This document shows, piece by piece, positions 55,867 to 64,000 of a stretch of DNA of 64,000 nucleotides. Below the pieces are notes generated by a model that saw only the letters and a list, made by a program, of their open reading frames with translations, had not been told where the DNA came from and did no database searches. The DNA is from Candidatus Omnitrophota bacterium (GTDB lineage: Bacteria > Omnitrophota > Gorgyraeia > Gygaellales > Profunditerraquicolaceae), in contig JBAZKC010000004.1 of the NCBI GenBank assembly GCA_041651035.1, positions 8,782 through 72,781 on the forward strand. Direction: 5' to 3'. Position 1 is the first letter of the stretch; each line of letters opens with the position of its first letter. Made by a program: the position numbers and the translations under genes.

Positions 55867-56973
55867 TTATATAGAAGATTGAAATGATTTTGCCATATTG
55901 ATACGTTCATCAATAGGCGGATGATCAAAGAAGAAAAACTTGATCAGAGGATGCGGGTTTCTATCGGCTAAGTTCTGCGAAGCGAGCTTTTCCATCATAG
56001 AAATAAACGCTTCTTTTAAGCCGGTTACCTTAAGCGCCATCATATCCGCGTTAATTTCTAATCTCCTGCTAATATAACTCTCAAACGGCTGCATAACTAT
56101 CCCGAACAATAAAAAATAAATAAGGATAAGAGGAAGGGCGGCAATATCAGATAACGAACCCAGCCCGAATACACTTAACGTATAAACGCTGGTCCTGGAT
56201 ATAATATAAAAACAGGTTATTATAACGGCGGAATTGACTAAGATTAGTTTTAAGAGATGTTTTAGCCTATAGTGGGCAAACTCATGCGCGAGTATAACTT
56301 CAATTTCATCATAGCTGTATTTATCTTTTAATGTGTCACTTAAGATCACGCGCCTGCCTGAGCCCCAGCCAACGAAGGCGGCATTTGCCTTTAAGGTCTT
56401 CTTGCTGAAATCTATCTCGAAACAATCCAGTATTTTTACCTTCATTTTATTGGCCAAATTCATTATCCGCCCCCTGAGCGCGTCATCTGAAATTTTCTTA
56501 TATTTAAAAAATAGAGGTATGATCAGTATAGGGGTAAGCTTTGCCAGGATCAAACTAAAAAATATCCAAAATAACGAGATAACCAGCCACCAAGAGCCGA
56601 TGAAATGTTTTAATATATAATAGAACGCCGAGATAATGATAAGCGCGATGATATAAGATATAATGCCTGCTTTGGCCTGATCATTAACCCAATCTTTTAT
56701 TTTCTGGTTGGATAAAGAAAATTTGCGCTCTAAAATATAGGAATGGTAGAAGTTTATCGGCAGGGTTGACAGGTAATAAACCAAAAAAACCACCAATGTA
56801 TACAACGGTATGACAAAACAGGGGTTCTGGGGAATAAAATTTAGAAGCAGGGCTGATAGGGCTTTAGATAATCCCAGGCTGAGTAATGCCAGAAAAAAGA
56901 TGAGCTGATATACGGTTTCCAGAATAGAAAACGTATACTTAAGAGAAGAGTACTTCTTTGCCGGTTCAACCAT
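55867..56973 (-). CDS. M48-family (Ste24/HtpX-like) zinc metalloprotease, polytopic
   Basis: 368 aa. Several TM helices, HEFAH zinc motif (ILAHEFAHYRLKH), and a C-terminal ...DHPP... motif. Confidence 0.85.
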   Translation of the reverse strand: MVEPAKKYSSLKYTFSILETVYQLIFFLALLSLGLSKALSALLLNFIPQNPCFVIPLYTLVVFLVYYLSTLPINFYHSYILERKFSLSNQKIKDWVNDQAKAGIISYIIALIIISAFYYILKHFIGSWWLVISLFWIFFSLILAKLTPILIIPLFFKYKKISDDALRGRIMNLANKMKVKILDCFEIDFSKKTLKANAAFVGWGSGRRVILSDTLKDKYSYDEIEVILAHEFAHYRLKHLLKLILVNSAVIITCFYIISRTSVYTLSVFGLGSLSDIAALPLILIYFLLFGIVMQPFESYISRRLEINADMMALKVTGLKEAFISMMEKLASQNLADRNPHPLIKFFFFDHPPIDERINMAKSFQSSI

Positions 56974-57008
56974 GTTTGCCTCTGGAATTCCTAATGGGTC
57001 TATGCCGG

Positions 57009-57248
57009 CTATTTCTTCGTTACGGGTATCACACTTATAAATGTACGGACCTTGCCGTGACTAGTCTTCTTCTTGGAAAAATGGACTTTGCCGGGGCAGG
57101 AAGCATACAGTGTCCCCAATCCTTTTACATTGGCACCCGCTTTATAAACCTCCACGCCTCTGGCTACGATCTTTCCGGTAGTAACAAGCTGCCCTTCAGA
57201 AACTTTAACCGCTTTGTCTTTTTTGGGAGTTGAAAATCCACCTGTCAT
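57009..57248 (-). CDS. rpmA: 50S ribosomal protein L27 (atypical N-terminus)
   Basis: 79 aa. Core ...VKVSEGQLVTTGKIVARGVEVYKAGANVKGLGTLYASCPGKVHF...KVRTFISV aligns with L27. GGAGGATACA RBS. An in-frame stop 6 codons upstream rules out an extension, and the N-terminus MTGGFSTPKK lacks the conserved AHKK. Confidence 0.8.
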   Translation of the reverse strand: MTGGFSTPKKDKAVKVSEGQLVTTGKIVARGVEVYKAGANVKGLGTLYASCPGKVHFSKKKTSHGKVRTFISVIPVTKK

Positions 57249-57324
57249 TGTATCCTCCGTTTTAAATTAACACTTGGCTTATCTAAATATTTTATTTACG
57301 TGAATTTAGATTAGCATATATTTT

Positions 57325-58719
57325 TTAATTAAGCAAGACTTGTTCGTCCTTAACGGGAAGGTGGGCATTTAGCCCTCTTTGGGTAAGCTTATCAAATAAA
57401 GCCCGGGATTGGTCTTCATCGCCATGCACTAAGAATATCCGCTTTAAAGGCAGGCACCCTGAAACAAAGTCCAGAAGTTCAGTCTGGTCAGCGTGCCCCG
57501 AGAAGGAATTAATTACCACTACTTCGGCGTTAAGCTCATATTCAACACCGAATATACGCACAAAACGGTTGCGGTCGACGATTTTTTTACCCAAGGTATC
57601 CCTGGCCATATAACCTACGACCAGTATTGTATTCCTGGATTCGGAGATATTATTCATAAGATGATGCAGTATCCGCCCTGATTCGCACATGCCGGAACCC
57701 GCGATAATGATCATGGGCCGCTTATCGTTATTCAACGACTTGGATTCATTTTGCTCGCGTATATATCTTAAGTTCAGGAACTCAAAAGGGCTCTGCCCTT
57801 CGATTATATTCTGGCTGGTCTGTTTATCCATATACTCAGGATAACTTTGGAATACATCGGTTATATCTGTCGCCAGCGGGCTGTCGACATATATGGGAAT
57901 AGCGGGTATGGCTTTTTCTTTTAGCAGTTCATTCAGGAAATATATCACTTCCTGCGCGCGCTCTAAGGTAAAAGAAGGAATAAGGATTTTGCCTTTACGT
58001 TCCACAGTGCGGTTGATAACTTCTTTCAGTTTTGTTTTGGCCTCGGAGATCGGCGAATGGAATCTTCCGCCATAAGTGCTTTCTAATACCAAATAATCCA
58101 ATCCCCGGATCTCAGCCGGATCATTGAGCATAGGCAGCCCTTTCCTTCCCAGATCAACGGTGTAACCCAGGCGGATAGTTTTTAAGCCGTCTTTTATATC
58201 CAGGACGATAATAGCTGAGCCCAGGATATGGCCGGCATCGTATAAAGTAACGCAGATATCTTTTGCCACACACAGCCTCTGCCCATAAGAAACCGGGCGG
58301 ATCATTTTTGCCGCTCTGGAGGCATCTCTGCTTGTATAAAGAGGGCTCCTTAACGGCAGCCCCAGCCTCCTGTTAACCTTATTTACGTATTTTATATCCT
58401 CTTCCTGGATCTTCCCTGAGTCCGCGAGCATCAACTTGCATAATTCTTTGGTGGCGCCTGTAGCGTATATTTTACAGCGCGCCCCTTTTCTAATCAGGCT
58501 GGGCAGGTTCCCGCAGTGGTCTATGTGCGCGTGTGATAAAATCAGCGCGTTTAAAGAATGCGGGTTATAATTAAAGGCTGTGTTTATCTGGTAAGACTCA
58601 TTTCGGTGGCCCTGGAATAACCCTACGTCAAGCAGGACCTCCGATTTATCGGTTGATACCAGATGGCTGGAACCGGAAACATTCCTGACCCCCCCTAAGA
58701 ATTTCAGATTTACAGGCAT
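57325..58719 (-). CDS. MBL-fold beta-CASP ribonuclease (RNase J / CPSF-like RNA-metabolising metallo-beta-lactamase)
   Basis: Start at ATG 58719 (MPVNLKFLGGVRNVSGSSHLV...). HAHIDHCG (HxHxDH) metallo-beta-lactamase motif, a beta-CASP region and a C-terminal RMMBL region. Confidence 0.8.
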   Translation of the reverse strand: MPVNLKFLGGVRNVSGSSHLVSTDKSEVLLDVGLFQGHRNESYQINTAFNYNPHSLNALILSHAHIDHCGNLPSLIRKGARCKIYATGATKELCKLMLADSGKIQEEDIKYVNKVNRRLGLPLRSPLYTSRDASRAAKMIRPVSYGQRLCVAKDICVTLYDAGHILGSAIIVLDIKDGLKTIRLGYTVDLGRKGLPMLNDPAEIRGLDYLVLESTYGGRFHSPISEAKTKLKEVINRTVERKGKILIPSFTLERAQEVIYFLNELLKEKAIPAIPIYVDSPLATDITDVFQSYPEYMDKQTSQNIIEGQSPFEFLNLRYIREQNESKSLNNDKRPMIIIAGSGMCESGRILHHLMNNISESRNTILVVGYMARDTLGKKIVDRNRFVRIFGVEYELNAEVVVINSFSGHADQTELLDFVSGCLPLKRIFLVHGDEDQSRALFDKLTQRGLNAHLPVKDEQVLLN

Positions 58720-58723
58720 AGAG

Positions 58724-59404
58724 CTAATCCTTGGCTTTAATTTTAAAAATAACGGCAATAACCAATACAATATATACCAGGCTAAGTGCGAACAACGCTT
58801 TGTTACTCAGGAAATATCCTGCCAAGGCGCCGGGATCAAAGACGCTCTTGCCCAGGCTAAAAAGGACATATTGTATCCAGAAGATCTTAAGCGGCGATCC
58901 GAAAATAACCGCTGCCAGATACCTCCGGAAATTGATCCTGGTAAGCCCTGCCCCAAGGTCTAAAAACCTATAGGGGATAAGCGGGGCCGCCCTGAAGATA
59001 AAAAGCCAAAGAAAACTGATATTGGCCAGCTTATCGTCTAATTTATTGTATTTCTTCGAAAGCCGCTTACGGGCGTAAGGGCTTCCCAGATAACGGGCGA
59101 GATAAAATAATATAAACGCGTTGATCACCTCTGAAATACTGATGAATAAAGCGCTTAAGAACGGCCCGAATAAAACCGCGCCCATAAGCCAGAATAAGTC
59201 TTTAGAAAAGAAAACAAAGAATGTAACGGTTACATAAAGAACGATATAAATGATCCCGCCGTAGAATAAAGGGAATTTCTGCAAGGCTGCCTGTATCGCC
59301 TGCGTGTCTATATAAGAACGCTTCCCTAAATACCAGATCAAGGCTAAGGCGAAAATCAAAAACAGGAAGCCGATCTCGTATTTGTATTTTTTAATATGCT
59401 CCAT
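58724..59404 (-). CDS. DedA / TVP38-TMEM64 family membrane protein
   Basis: 226 aa polytopic protein with the DedA-type re-entrant-helix region (...LARYLGSPYARKRLSKKY...FRAAPLIPYRFLDLGAGLT). Confidence 0.8.
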   Translation of the reverse strand: MEHIKKYKYEIGFLFLIFALALIWYLGKRSYIDTQAIQAALQKFPLFYGGIIYIVLYVTVTFFVFFSKDLFWLMGAVLFGPFLSALFISISEVINAFILFYLARYLGSPYARKRLSKKYNKLDDKLANISFLWLFIFRAAPLIPYRFLDLGAGLTRINFRRYLAAVIFGSPLKIFWIQYVLFSLGKSVFDPGALAGYFLSNKALFALSLVYIVLVIAVIFKIKAKD

Positions 59405-59405
59405 C

Positions 59406-60746
59406 TTAAATCAAGGGAAGGAACTCCTTGCCTTCGGTGAACGGATTTAAAGAATGCTCTATTTTATTCTTCTCTGCCGCCAGTTTCAAATTAACGGTTT
59501 CTCTCTTATCCTGAGGAGATATAACTTCAACCTTGGGAGAAAATATATCTTCTTCGTCTTCCTCCCTGACCACGGCGATCCTCCCGTCGCTTAAGACGAC
59601 GAGCGTCCCCACAGGCCAGACTCCCATTATCTTAAAGAATTTATCCACAAGCTGAGGCTCGAATGCCGTCCCCTTCTCTCTGGTCATAAGATCGTATATC
59701 ATTTTAGGCGGATAATCACTCTTATACCCCCTGCGCTGGGAAAGGGCGTCATAGACATCGCATATAGAAACGATCGTGGAAACAATGTGCGGCTTTTCAT
59801 AGAAAGACACCTTAGGATATCCCGAAAGATTGTATTTTAAATGGTGTTCAAAACAAACAACTACGGGTAATACACCTAAGGCATCCACGTATTTAAGCAG
59901 GATCTCCGCCCCTGTGACAACATGGTCCTTGACCTTGGAGAATTCTTCCTCGGTCAGCCTGGCCGGTTTCTGCAGTATCTTCCTGGAAATATAAAGCTTG
60001 CCGATGTCATGGAATAACGCGGCAGTGCCAATATCCAGGATCTCATCTTTGGCAAAACCTATCCGGGAAGAAAAATACATAGAAAGAATGGAGACATTTA
60101 TGATGTGGGAAAATGTCCTTAGATCATACCTTTTTAATGTCGCGAAATTCAAGAACTCCTGATACCTGCCCAGAAGATTTTCCATAACGTTGTTAACGGC
60201 TGACCTCAAAGCCAAATGGTCTAGTTCTTGCGCGTTTAATACCTTCTCCAGGGAGCCGGTAAAACTATCCAGGGAATTTTCATAAAGGTTTAAATAACTT
60301 ATCGCCTTTTCCACCTTGCCGTTTGAAGAGACGGAAGAAACCTTTATTTTACCTACAATTATATTCCTTATCCCTAAAAGAGATAATGCCTCCTGCGGCT
60401 CATGCTTTAACTCTTCTTTGGGAGTAGTTAAGAAAGTTATGAACTTGCTTAATTCTTCATTCTCAAGCCCCTGCAGGAATTCTATCCTTTCTATGCCTCT
60501 GGATTTCAAATAAAGAACCGCGGGTTTGACCATTTTACTTAACTCGAAGAATATCTCTTTCTCAAAAGCCAGTTCTTCTCCTACAATGCCTATAACCAGG
60601 CTCTGCCTTTGGCTCAAGACATCCTGTAAAGTGGCGTAAGCCTTATTAACGGATTTCTTGAATTCCGGATGCCAATTAGAGTATAGCCTGGCTGTCTGTA
60701 AGGCGGAAATTATATCCCTGAAAGAACCCTCAATCTTTTCTAACAT
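59406..60746 (-). CDS. HD-GYP domain phosphodiesterase with an N-terminal ~190-aa helical domain
   Basis: 446 aa. HD motif ...AALFHDIGKL... and CFEHHLKYNLSGYPK (HHx...GYP) define HD-GYP. The N-terminal domain is paralogous to the N-terminus of the adjacent 644-aa protein. Confidence 0.8.
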   Translation of the reverse strand: MLEKIEGSFRDIISALQTARLYSNWHPEFKKSVNKAYATLQDVLSQRQSLVIGIVGEELAFEKEIFFELSKMVKPAVLYLKSRGIERIEFLQGLENEELSKFITFLTTPKEELKHEPQEALSLLGIRNIIVGKIKVSSVSSNGKVEKAISYLNLYENSLDSFTGSLEKVLNAQELDHLALRSAVNNVMENLLGRYQEFLNFATLKRYDLRTFSHIINVSILSMYFSSRIGFAKDEILDIGTAALFHDIGKLYISRKILQKPARLTEEEFSKVKDHVVTGAEILLKYVDALGVLPVVVCFEHHLKYNLSGYPKVSFYEKPHIVSTIVSICDVYDALSQRRGYKSDYPPKMIYDLMTREKGTAFEPQLVDKFFKIMGVWPVGTLVVLSDGRIAVVREEDEEDIFSPKVEVISPQDKRETVNLKLAAEKNKIEHSLNPFTEGKEFLPLI

Positions 60747-62664
60747 TCCACTTCCTCAAGACCTCTGCGGCCTTCTTTCTTACGTCCCTATTCCAGAAAA
60801 AAGGCCTCTTGCTTAATACGCCCAGATAACCTGCCGCTTCTTTTAAGCCTATATCTTCTACAATCGCCATATGCTCGATTAAGATCTTATTCTTTCTCCC
60901 GAACGGGCTGCGGATAGAAAAAAGCTTTGCCAGGGCCGCCCCTTTCTCATTTTCGTTCTTTGTCAAAGCCAACAAAGCCTCTCTTTTTAAGAACGCTTCT
61001 TCCTTATCCAGGACAGACAATAAGAATCCACTGTCGCCAACGGCTAGAACCTGCATAGACCTTAATACCGCTATTTTTATAATAGTACTGGAGAGGTAAA
61101 ACATTTTCTTAAGTATCTCTAGGGCCTTTAGCGCGTCCATCGCTTCCAGGCTCTTAACGATCTTGCCCATAAGCTCAATGTCAGAATGTTTTCTCTTCAA
61201 ATTATCCAGGAACAGCGGGTAATCTTCGGAAGAGAATCTAAATAATAATCTTAATATAAAAGGATTCACTTTTCCTTCATTAAATATCTTGTCCAGATAA
61301 AAATCAGGACCCAGGGAACTTTTCCTTAATGTATCTATGAAATACTCCAGACCAAGAGGCGGCTCCTCTTCGAACGCCGCATTTTCTATAAACTTGGAAA
61401 TCCGGCTCTCCAGGGCCTCTAAAGAAGAGAACAAAGAAGCGTCCTCTTTTATTTTATTATCCAAAGCCCCCCATAGAAATCTTAAGTATTTTAAATCCCT
61501 CTCTTCAATGGCCTTATCGCACTCTTTTAACAGCTGCCCTGAAACCAGGTCCAGGCTTTTTATATCCTTTCCCCGCATAAGTAAATTAAGAAGGATGATC
61601 CGGTAATGCGTTTGCGCGAGGCCTCGGTCAAAAACAAAGTTATTCCCCGGGAGGCTGTCTTCGGAAAGCGAGGAAAGCGCCTGGCGGTAGAACGGTGAAA
61701 TAAACGAGCTGTCAGGCAAAGAAAAAACCTCTTTGATCTTTTTTCTTACGCGGGGGTTATTTTTAAGGAATTCCTCGTTCTTTATTTCCTTTTCCAGGGT
61801 GGGGGCGATCGCCTTATGCGCGTCTTCATCAAAAAGACGGGAGAATACCGTAAAACTTAAATAATTGAAATTTTCATCTTTGGAGATGGCCTCCAGCAGC
61901 GTCTCAGCCAAATCTTCATTATTTAAGCTCTTAAATAATACCTTAACCTTATCCAGCTTCTCTTTTTCAGGGATATTTTTCCCTTTTAACACAATTCTTA
62001 ACAGGCCCTTGGTGCAATTATAGAACTTATCTTTTTCTTTATCCTTAAGATAATTCAAGAAATCGTATATGCTTTGCCTTAATTCAGCATCTTCAAACAG
62101 GTCTCTAGAGTTAAACTTTCCTATTATTTTTTCGAAATTATCCGCGAACTCATTGATCTTATCAAGGTTGTTATTTTCTACCGTCGTCTTGAATAAATAC
62201 ACCCACATATCCTTGGATTCTTCTCCGGCGTCCCGCAGGAGTTCGGAATAATCAAGCTCCTCGACATAGAGGCGCGGCGTCTTTTCTCTGTTTAAGACAT
62301 TCCCGATCCCCCCGCGCCTGAGGATTTCTCTTACCGGTCCGGATACCGAACTTAAGAAATCGACCAATTCTTCTTCGCTAACCCCCTGCCTAAACTCAAT
62401 ACTCTTTATTTTACGCAGGTGGAACATTTCCGCCAGGTCAGTATAAAGATTGAGCTTTTCCAAAAACCTGCCGTCTATGAACAGGGAATTAGGGGTAATC
62501 CCGATCTTTATGGGGTTTAAAAAAGGAAACAGCGCGTCAACCCGCTGTTTAAAAACTTCCACTGATTTCCTGAAATAGGGGTGCTCTTTGGGATAAGCAG
62601 AAGCGTTATTCAAGACTATGCGTAAACCCTTTAAGAAATCAACCAGGGTTTCTTCTTTATTCAT
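60730..62664 (-). CDS. Large helical protein: N-terminal domain paralogous to the neighbouring HD-GYP protein N-domain, plus a C-terminal HEAT/PBS-lyase-like repeat region
   Basis: 644 aa. The N-terminal ~110 aa align with the HD-GYP protein N-terminus (A.aYpkeHPyFrKSV...IGItpnsLfidgrFlEkL...lRkIksIEFrQGvseEELvdFL versus ArlYsnwHPeFkKSV...IGIvgeeLafekeIffElskmvkpavlylkSRgIErIEFlQGlenEELskFI). The C-terminal ~130 aa (...LAVGDSGFLLSVLDKEEAFLKREALLALTKN...) look like HEAT repeats. Overlaps the HD-GYP gene by 17 nt. Confidence 0.7.
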   Translation of the reverse strand: MNKEETLVDFLKGLRIVLNNASAYPKEHPYFRKSVEVFKQRVDALFPFLNPIKIGITPNSLFIDGRFLEKLNLYTDLAEMFHLRKIKSIEFRQGVSEEELVDFLSSVSGPVREILRRGGIGNVLNREKTPRLYVEELDYSELLRDAGEESKDMWVYLFKTTVENNNLDKINEFADNFEKIIGKFNSRDLFEDAELRQSIYDFLNYLKDKEKDKFYNCTKGLLRIVLKGKNIPEKEKLDKVKVLFKSLNNEDLAETLLEAISKDENFNYLSFTVFSRLFDEDAHKAIAPTLEKEIKNEEFLKNNPRVRKKIKEVFSLPDSSFISPFYRQALSSLSEDSLPGNNFVFDRGLAQTHYRIILLNLLMRGKDIKSLDLVSGQLLKECDKAIEERDLKYLRFLWGALDNKIKEDASLFSSLEALESRISKFIENAAFEEEPPLGLEYFIDTLRKSSLGPDFYLDKIFNEGKVNPFILRLLFRFSSEDYPLFLDNLKRKHSDIELMGKIVKSLEAMDALKALEILKKMFYLSSTIIKIAVLRSMQVLAVGDSGFLLSVLDKEEAFLKREALLALTKNENEKGAALAKLFSIRSPFGRKNKILIEHMAIVEDIGLKEAAGYLGVLSKRPFFWNRDVRKKAAEVLRKWNVRKD

Positions 62665-62698
62665 AGTAAAATAGCCCTGCTCTTTTTAAGACGGGGGA

Positions 62699-64000
62699 CT
62701 AATATCCTCTATACTTATTGGTTATGGGCATTCTCCTGTCTCGTCCGAATGCCTTGGGCGTTATTTTTATTCCCGGGGGAGACTGCCTGCGCTTGTATTC
62801 ACTCTTATCTACCATATTCAAAACCCTGGATACTGTCTCTTTATCTGAACCCGGAAGCGTGATTTTAGTTAAATCCTTGTCCTCTTCAACATAAGCCTTC
62901 AGGATCCGGTCGAGTACTTCGTAAGGCGGGAGAGTGTCGCTGTCTTTCTGATTGAACCTTAACTCGGCAGTAGGTTCACGGGTCAACACACGTTCAGGAA
63001 TGACCCCTCCGCCAAGTCCCCTAGAGTAAGGACTTAAAGAATTCTTGTATCCGGCTAATTTGTAAACCAAAAGCTTTGGCACATCCTTGATAACGGCAAA
63101 CCCTCCTGCCATATCCCCGTAGAGGGTGGCATAACCGGTGCTCATCTCGGATTTATTCCCCGTAGTTAAAACCAGCCACCCGAATTTATTAGACAACGCC
63201 ATTAAGATATTACCCCGGATACGCGCCTGCAGGTTTTCCTCGGCTATATTCTTTCCTAAATTTAAAAAGTGCGGTTTAAGGACCGTCAGGTAAATCTTAT
63301 ATATCTGCTCAATCGGGATACTAATCAATTTTATGCCCAGATTAGCCGCCAGTCGCGAAGCATCTATTCTGGATGCGCCGGACGTATAGCGCGAAGGCAT
63401 AAATACTCCGGTAACATTATCTTTACCCAGGGCGTCAACAGCTAAAGCCGAAACCAGGCTGGAATCCACCCCTCCGCTTAAGCCAATCACCACTTTATGG
63501 AAATTATTCTTACCTACATAGTCATGCAGCCCCAAAAGCAGAGCCTGATATACTTCGGCAACGGGTTCCAACGGCCGGGTTTCTTTCCTTAAAATCGGCG
63601 GCCTGTCCTTAGGTATCCGTGATCCTGCGATCGTAATTATTCTTTGGGATGACCGCGCCGCTTTTCCTTTAATATCCAGATCGGCTATCAATAAGTCTTC
63701 CTTAAAAGCTTCCGCCCTCTGGATAATCCTGCCGGAATCATCCACGATCATGCTCTGGCCGTCAAAAACCAGCTCATCCTGAGCGCCGACTAGATTGGTA
63801 TAAATTATAAACAGGCGGCTCTCCCTGGCCTGCCTGCGGACAATCTCTTCCCTTTCCTTGATTTTACCCGCGTGGTAGGGAGAAGCATTTATATTAATAA
63901 TCAATCTTGCCCCGGATAAAGCCTGTTGTTTTATCGGGCGCTCTTTGTGCCAGATATCCTCGCATATATTGACTCCGAATACGAATTTGCCAAATTTAAA
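62699..64000 (-). CDS. nadE: Glutamine-dependent NAD+ synthetase (partial; N-terminal nitrilase domain continues beyond the window end)
   Basis: C-terminal PP-loop NAD synthetase domain (VIGLSGGVDSSLVSAL). The reading frame stays open upstream of the track's TTG start through ...FGVNICEDIWH (CN-hydrolase catalytic Cys) to position 64000. Confidence 0.85.
   Translation of the reverse strand, partial: FKFGKFVFGVNICEDIWHKERPIKQQALSGARLIININASPYHAGKIKEREEIVRRQARESRLFIIYTNLVGAQDELVFDGQSMIVDDSGRIIQRAEAFKEDLLIADLDIKGKAARSSQRIITIAGSRIPKDRPPILRKETRPLEPVAEVYQALLLGLHDYVGKNNFHKVVIGLSGGVDSSLVSALAVDALGKDNVTGVFMPSRYTSGASRIDASRLAANLGIKLISIPIEQIYKIYLTVLKPHFLNLGKNIAEENLQARIRGNILMALSNKFGWLVLTTGNKSEMSTGYATLYGDMAGGFAVIKDVPKLLVYKLAGYKNSLSPYSRGLGGGVIPERVLTREPTAELRFNQKDSDTLPPYEVLDRILKAYVEEDKDLTKITLPGSDKETVSRVLNMVDKSEYKRRQSPPGIKITPKAFGRDRRMPITNKYRGY

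Noticed and set aside
53405-57285. Shared 14-mer TTAACACTTGGCTT upstream of msbA (53405-53418) and of rpmA (57270-57283)
   Set aside because: It sits at different distances from the two start codons (upstream of the -35 in one case, inside the 5' UTR in the other). A single 14-mer match is weak evidence, so it is noted but not called as a regulatory site.

Overview
This is a 64 kb stretch of a compact, AT-rich bacterial chromosome. Roughly 95% of genes are on the minus strand; the plus-strand exceptions are a ppiD-like chaperone and a gfo-lpxB pair. Content is almost entirely core housekeeping. In order of decreasing coordinate on the minus strand: nadE (partial), a pair of HD-GYP-associated genes, dedA, a beta-CASP RNase, rpmA, an M48 protease, msbA, rpsB-tsf-pyrH-frr, tRNA-Lys/Leu/Gly, PTS-Ntr components (ptsN, yvcK, ptsH, ptsI), metK-ahcY, a REC-only regulator, pfkA-fba, a branched-chain amino-acid block (ilvD, ilvB, ilvH, ilvC, leuA, aroE), pilD, malQ, ttcA, rmuC, pgeF, cutA-ccdA-tlpA, a LUD protein and a MetE/UroD-like methyltransferase. 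Next come a four-subunit pyruvate:ferredoxin oxidoreductase operon (porGDAB) followed by a ferritin-like gene and a ferredoxin, then hisG, a TPR protein, a split transketolase, a Bacillus-like syntenic block (ispE, spoVG, glmU, prs, ctc, pth), rpsF-ssb-rpsR-rplI, dnaB and the outer-membrane/lipid A cluster bamA-skp-lpxD-lpxC. I found no CRISPR array, transposase, phage or toxin-antitoxin genes, and no obvious defence island. The most interesting signals are: (i) three families of structured intergenic repeats, two of them present twice; (ii) two adjacent genes that share a paralogous N-terminal domain, one fused to an HD-GYP phosphodiesterase and the other to a HEAT-repeat protein; (iii) a probable tRNA-Gln and a tiny arginine/lysine-rich bS22-like ORF, neither in the six-frame track (which lists only ORFs of 60 aa or more); and (iv) several atypical variants of housekeeping proteins (SpoVG with a zinc-ribbon insert, SSB without the acidic IPF tip, L27 without the N-terminal AHKK, YvcK with a membrane anchor). 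All calls come from reading the sequence and the translations; no database searches were run.
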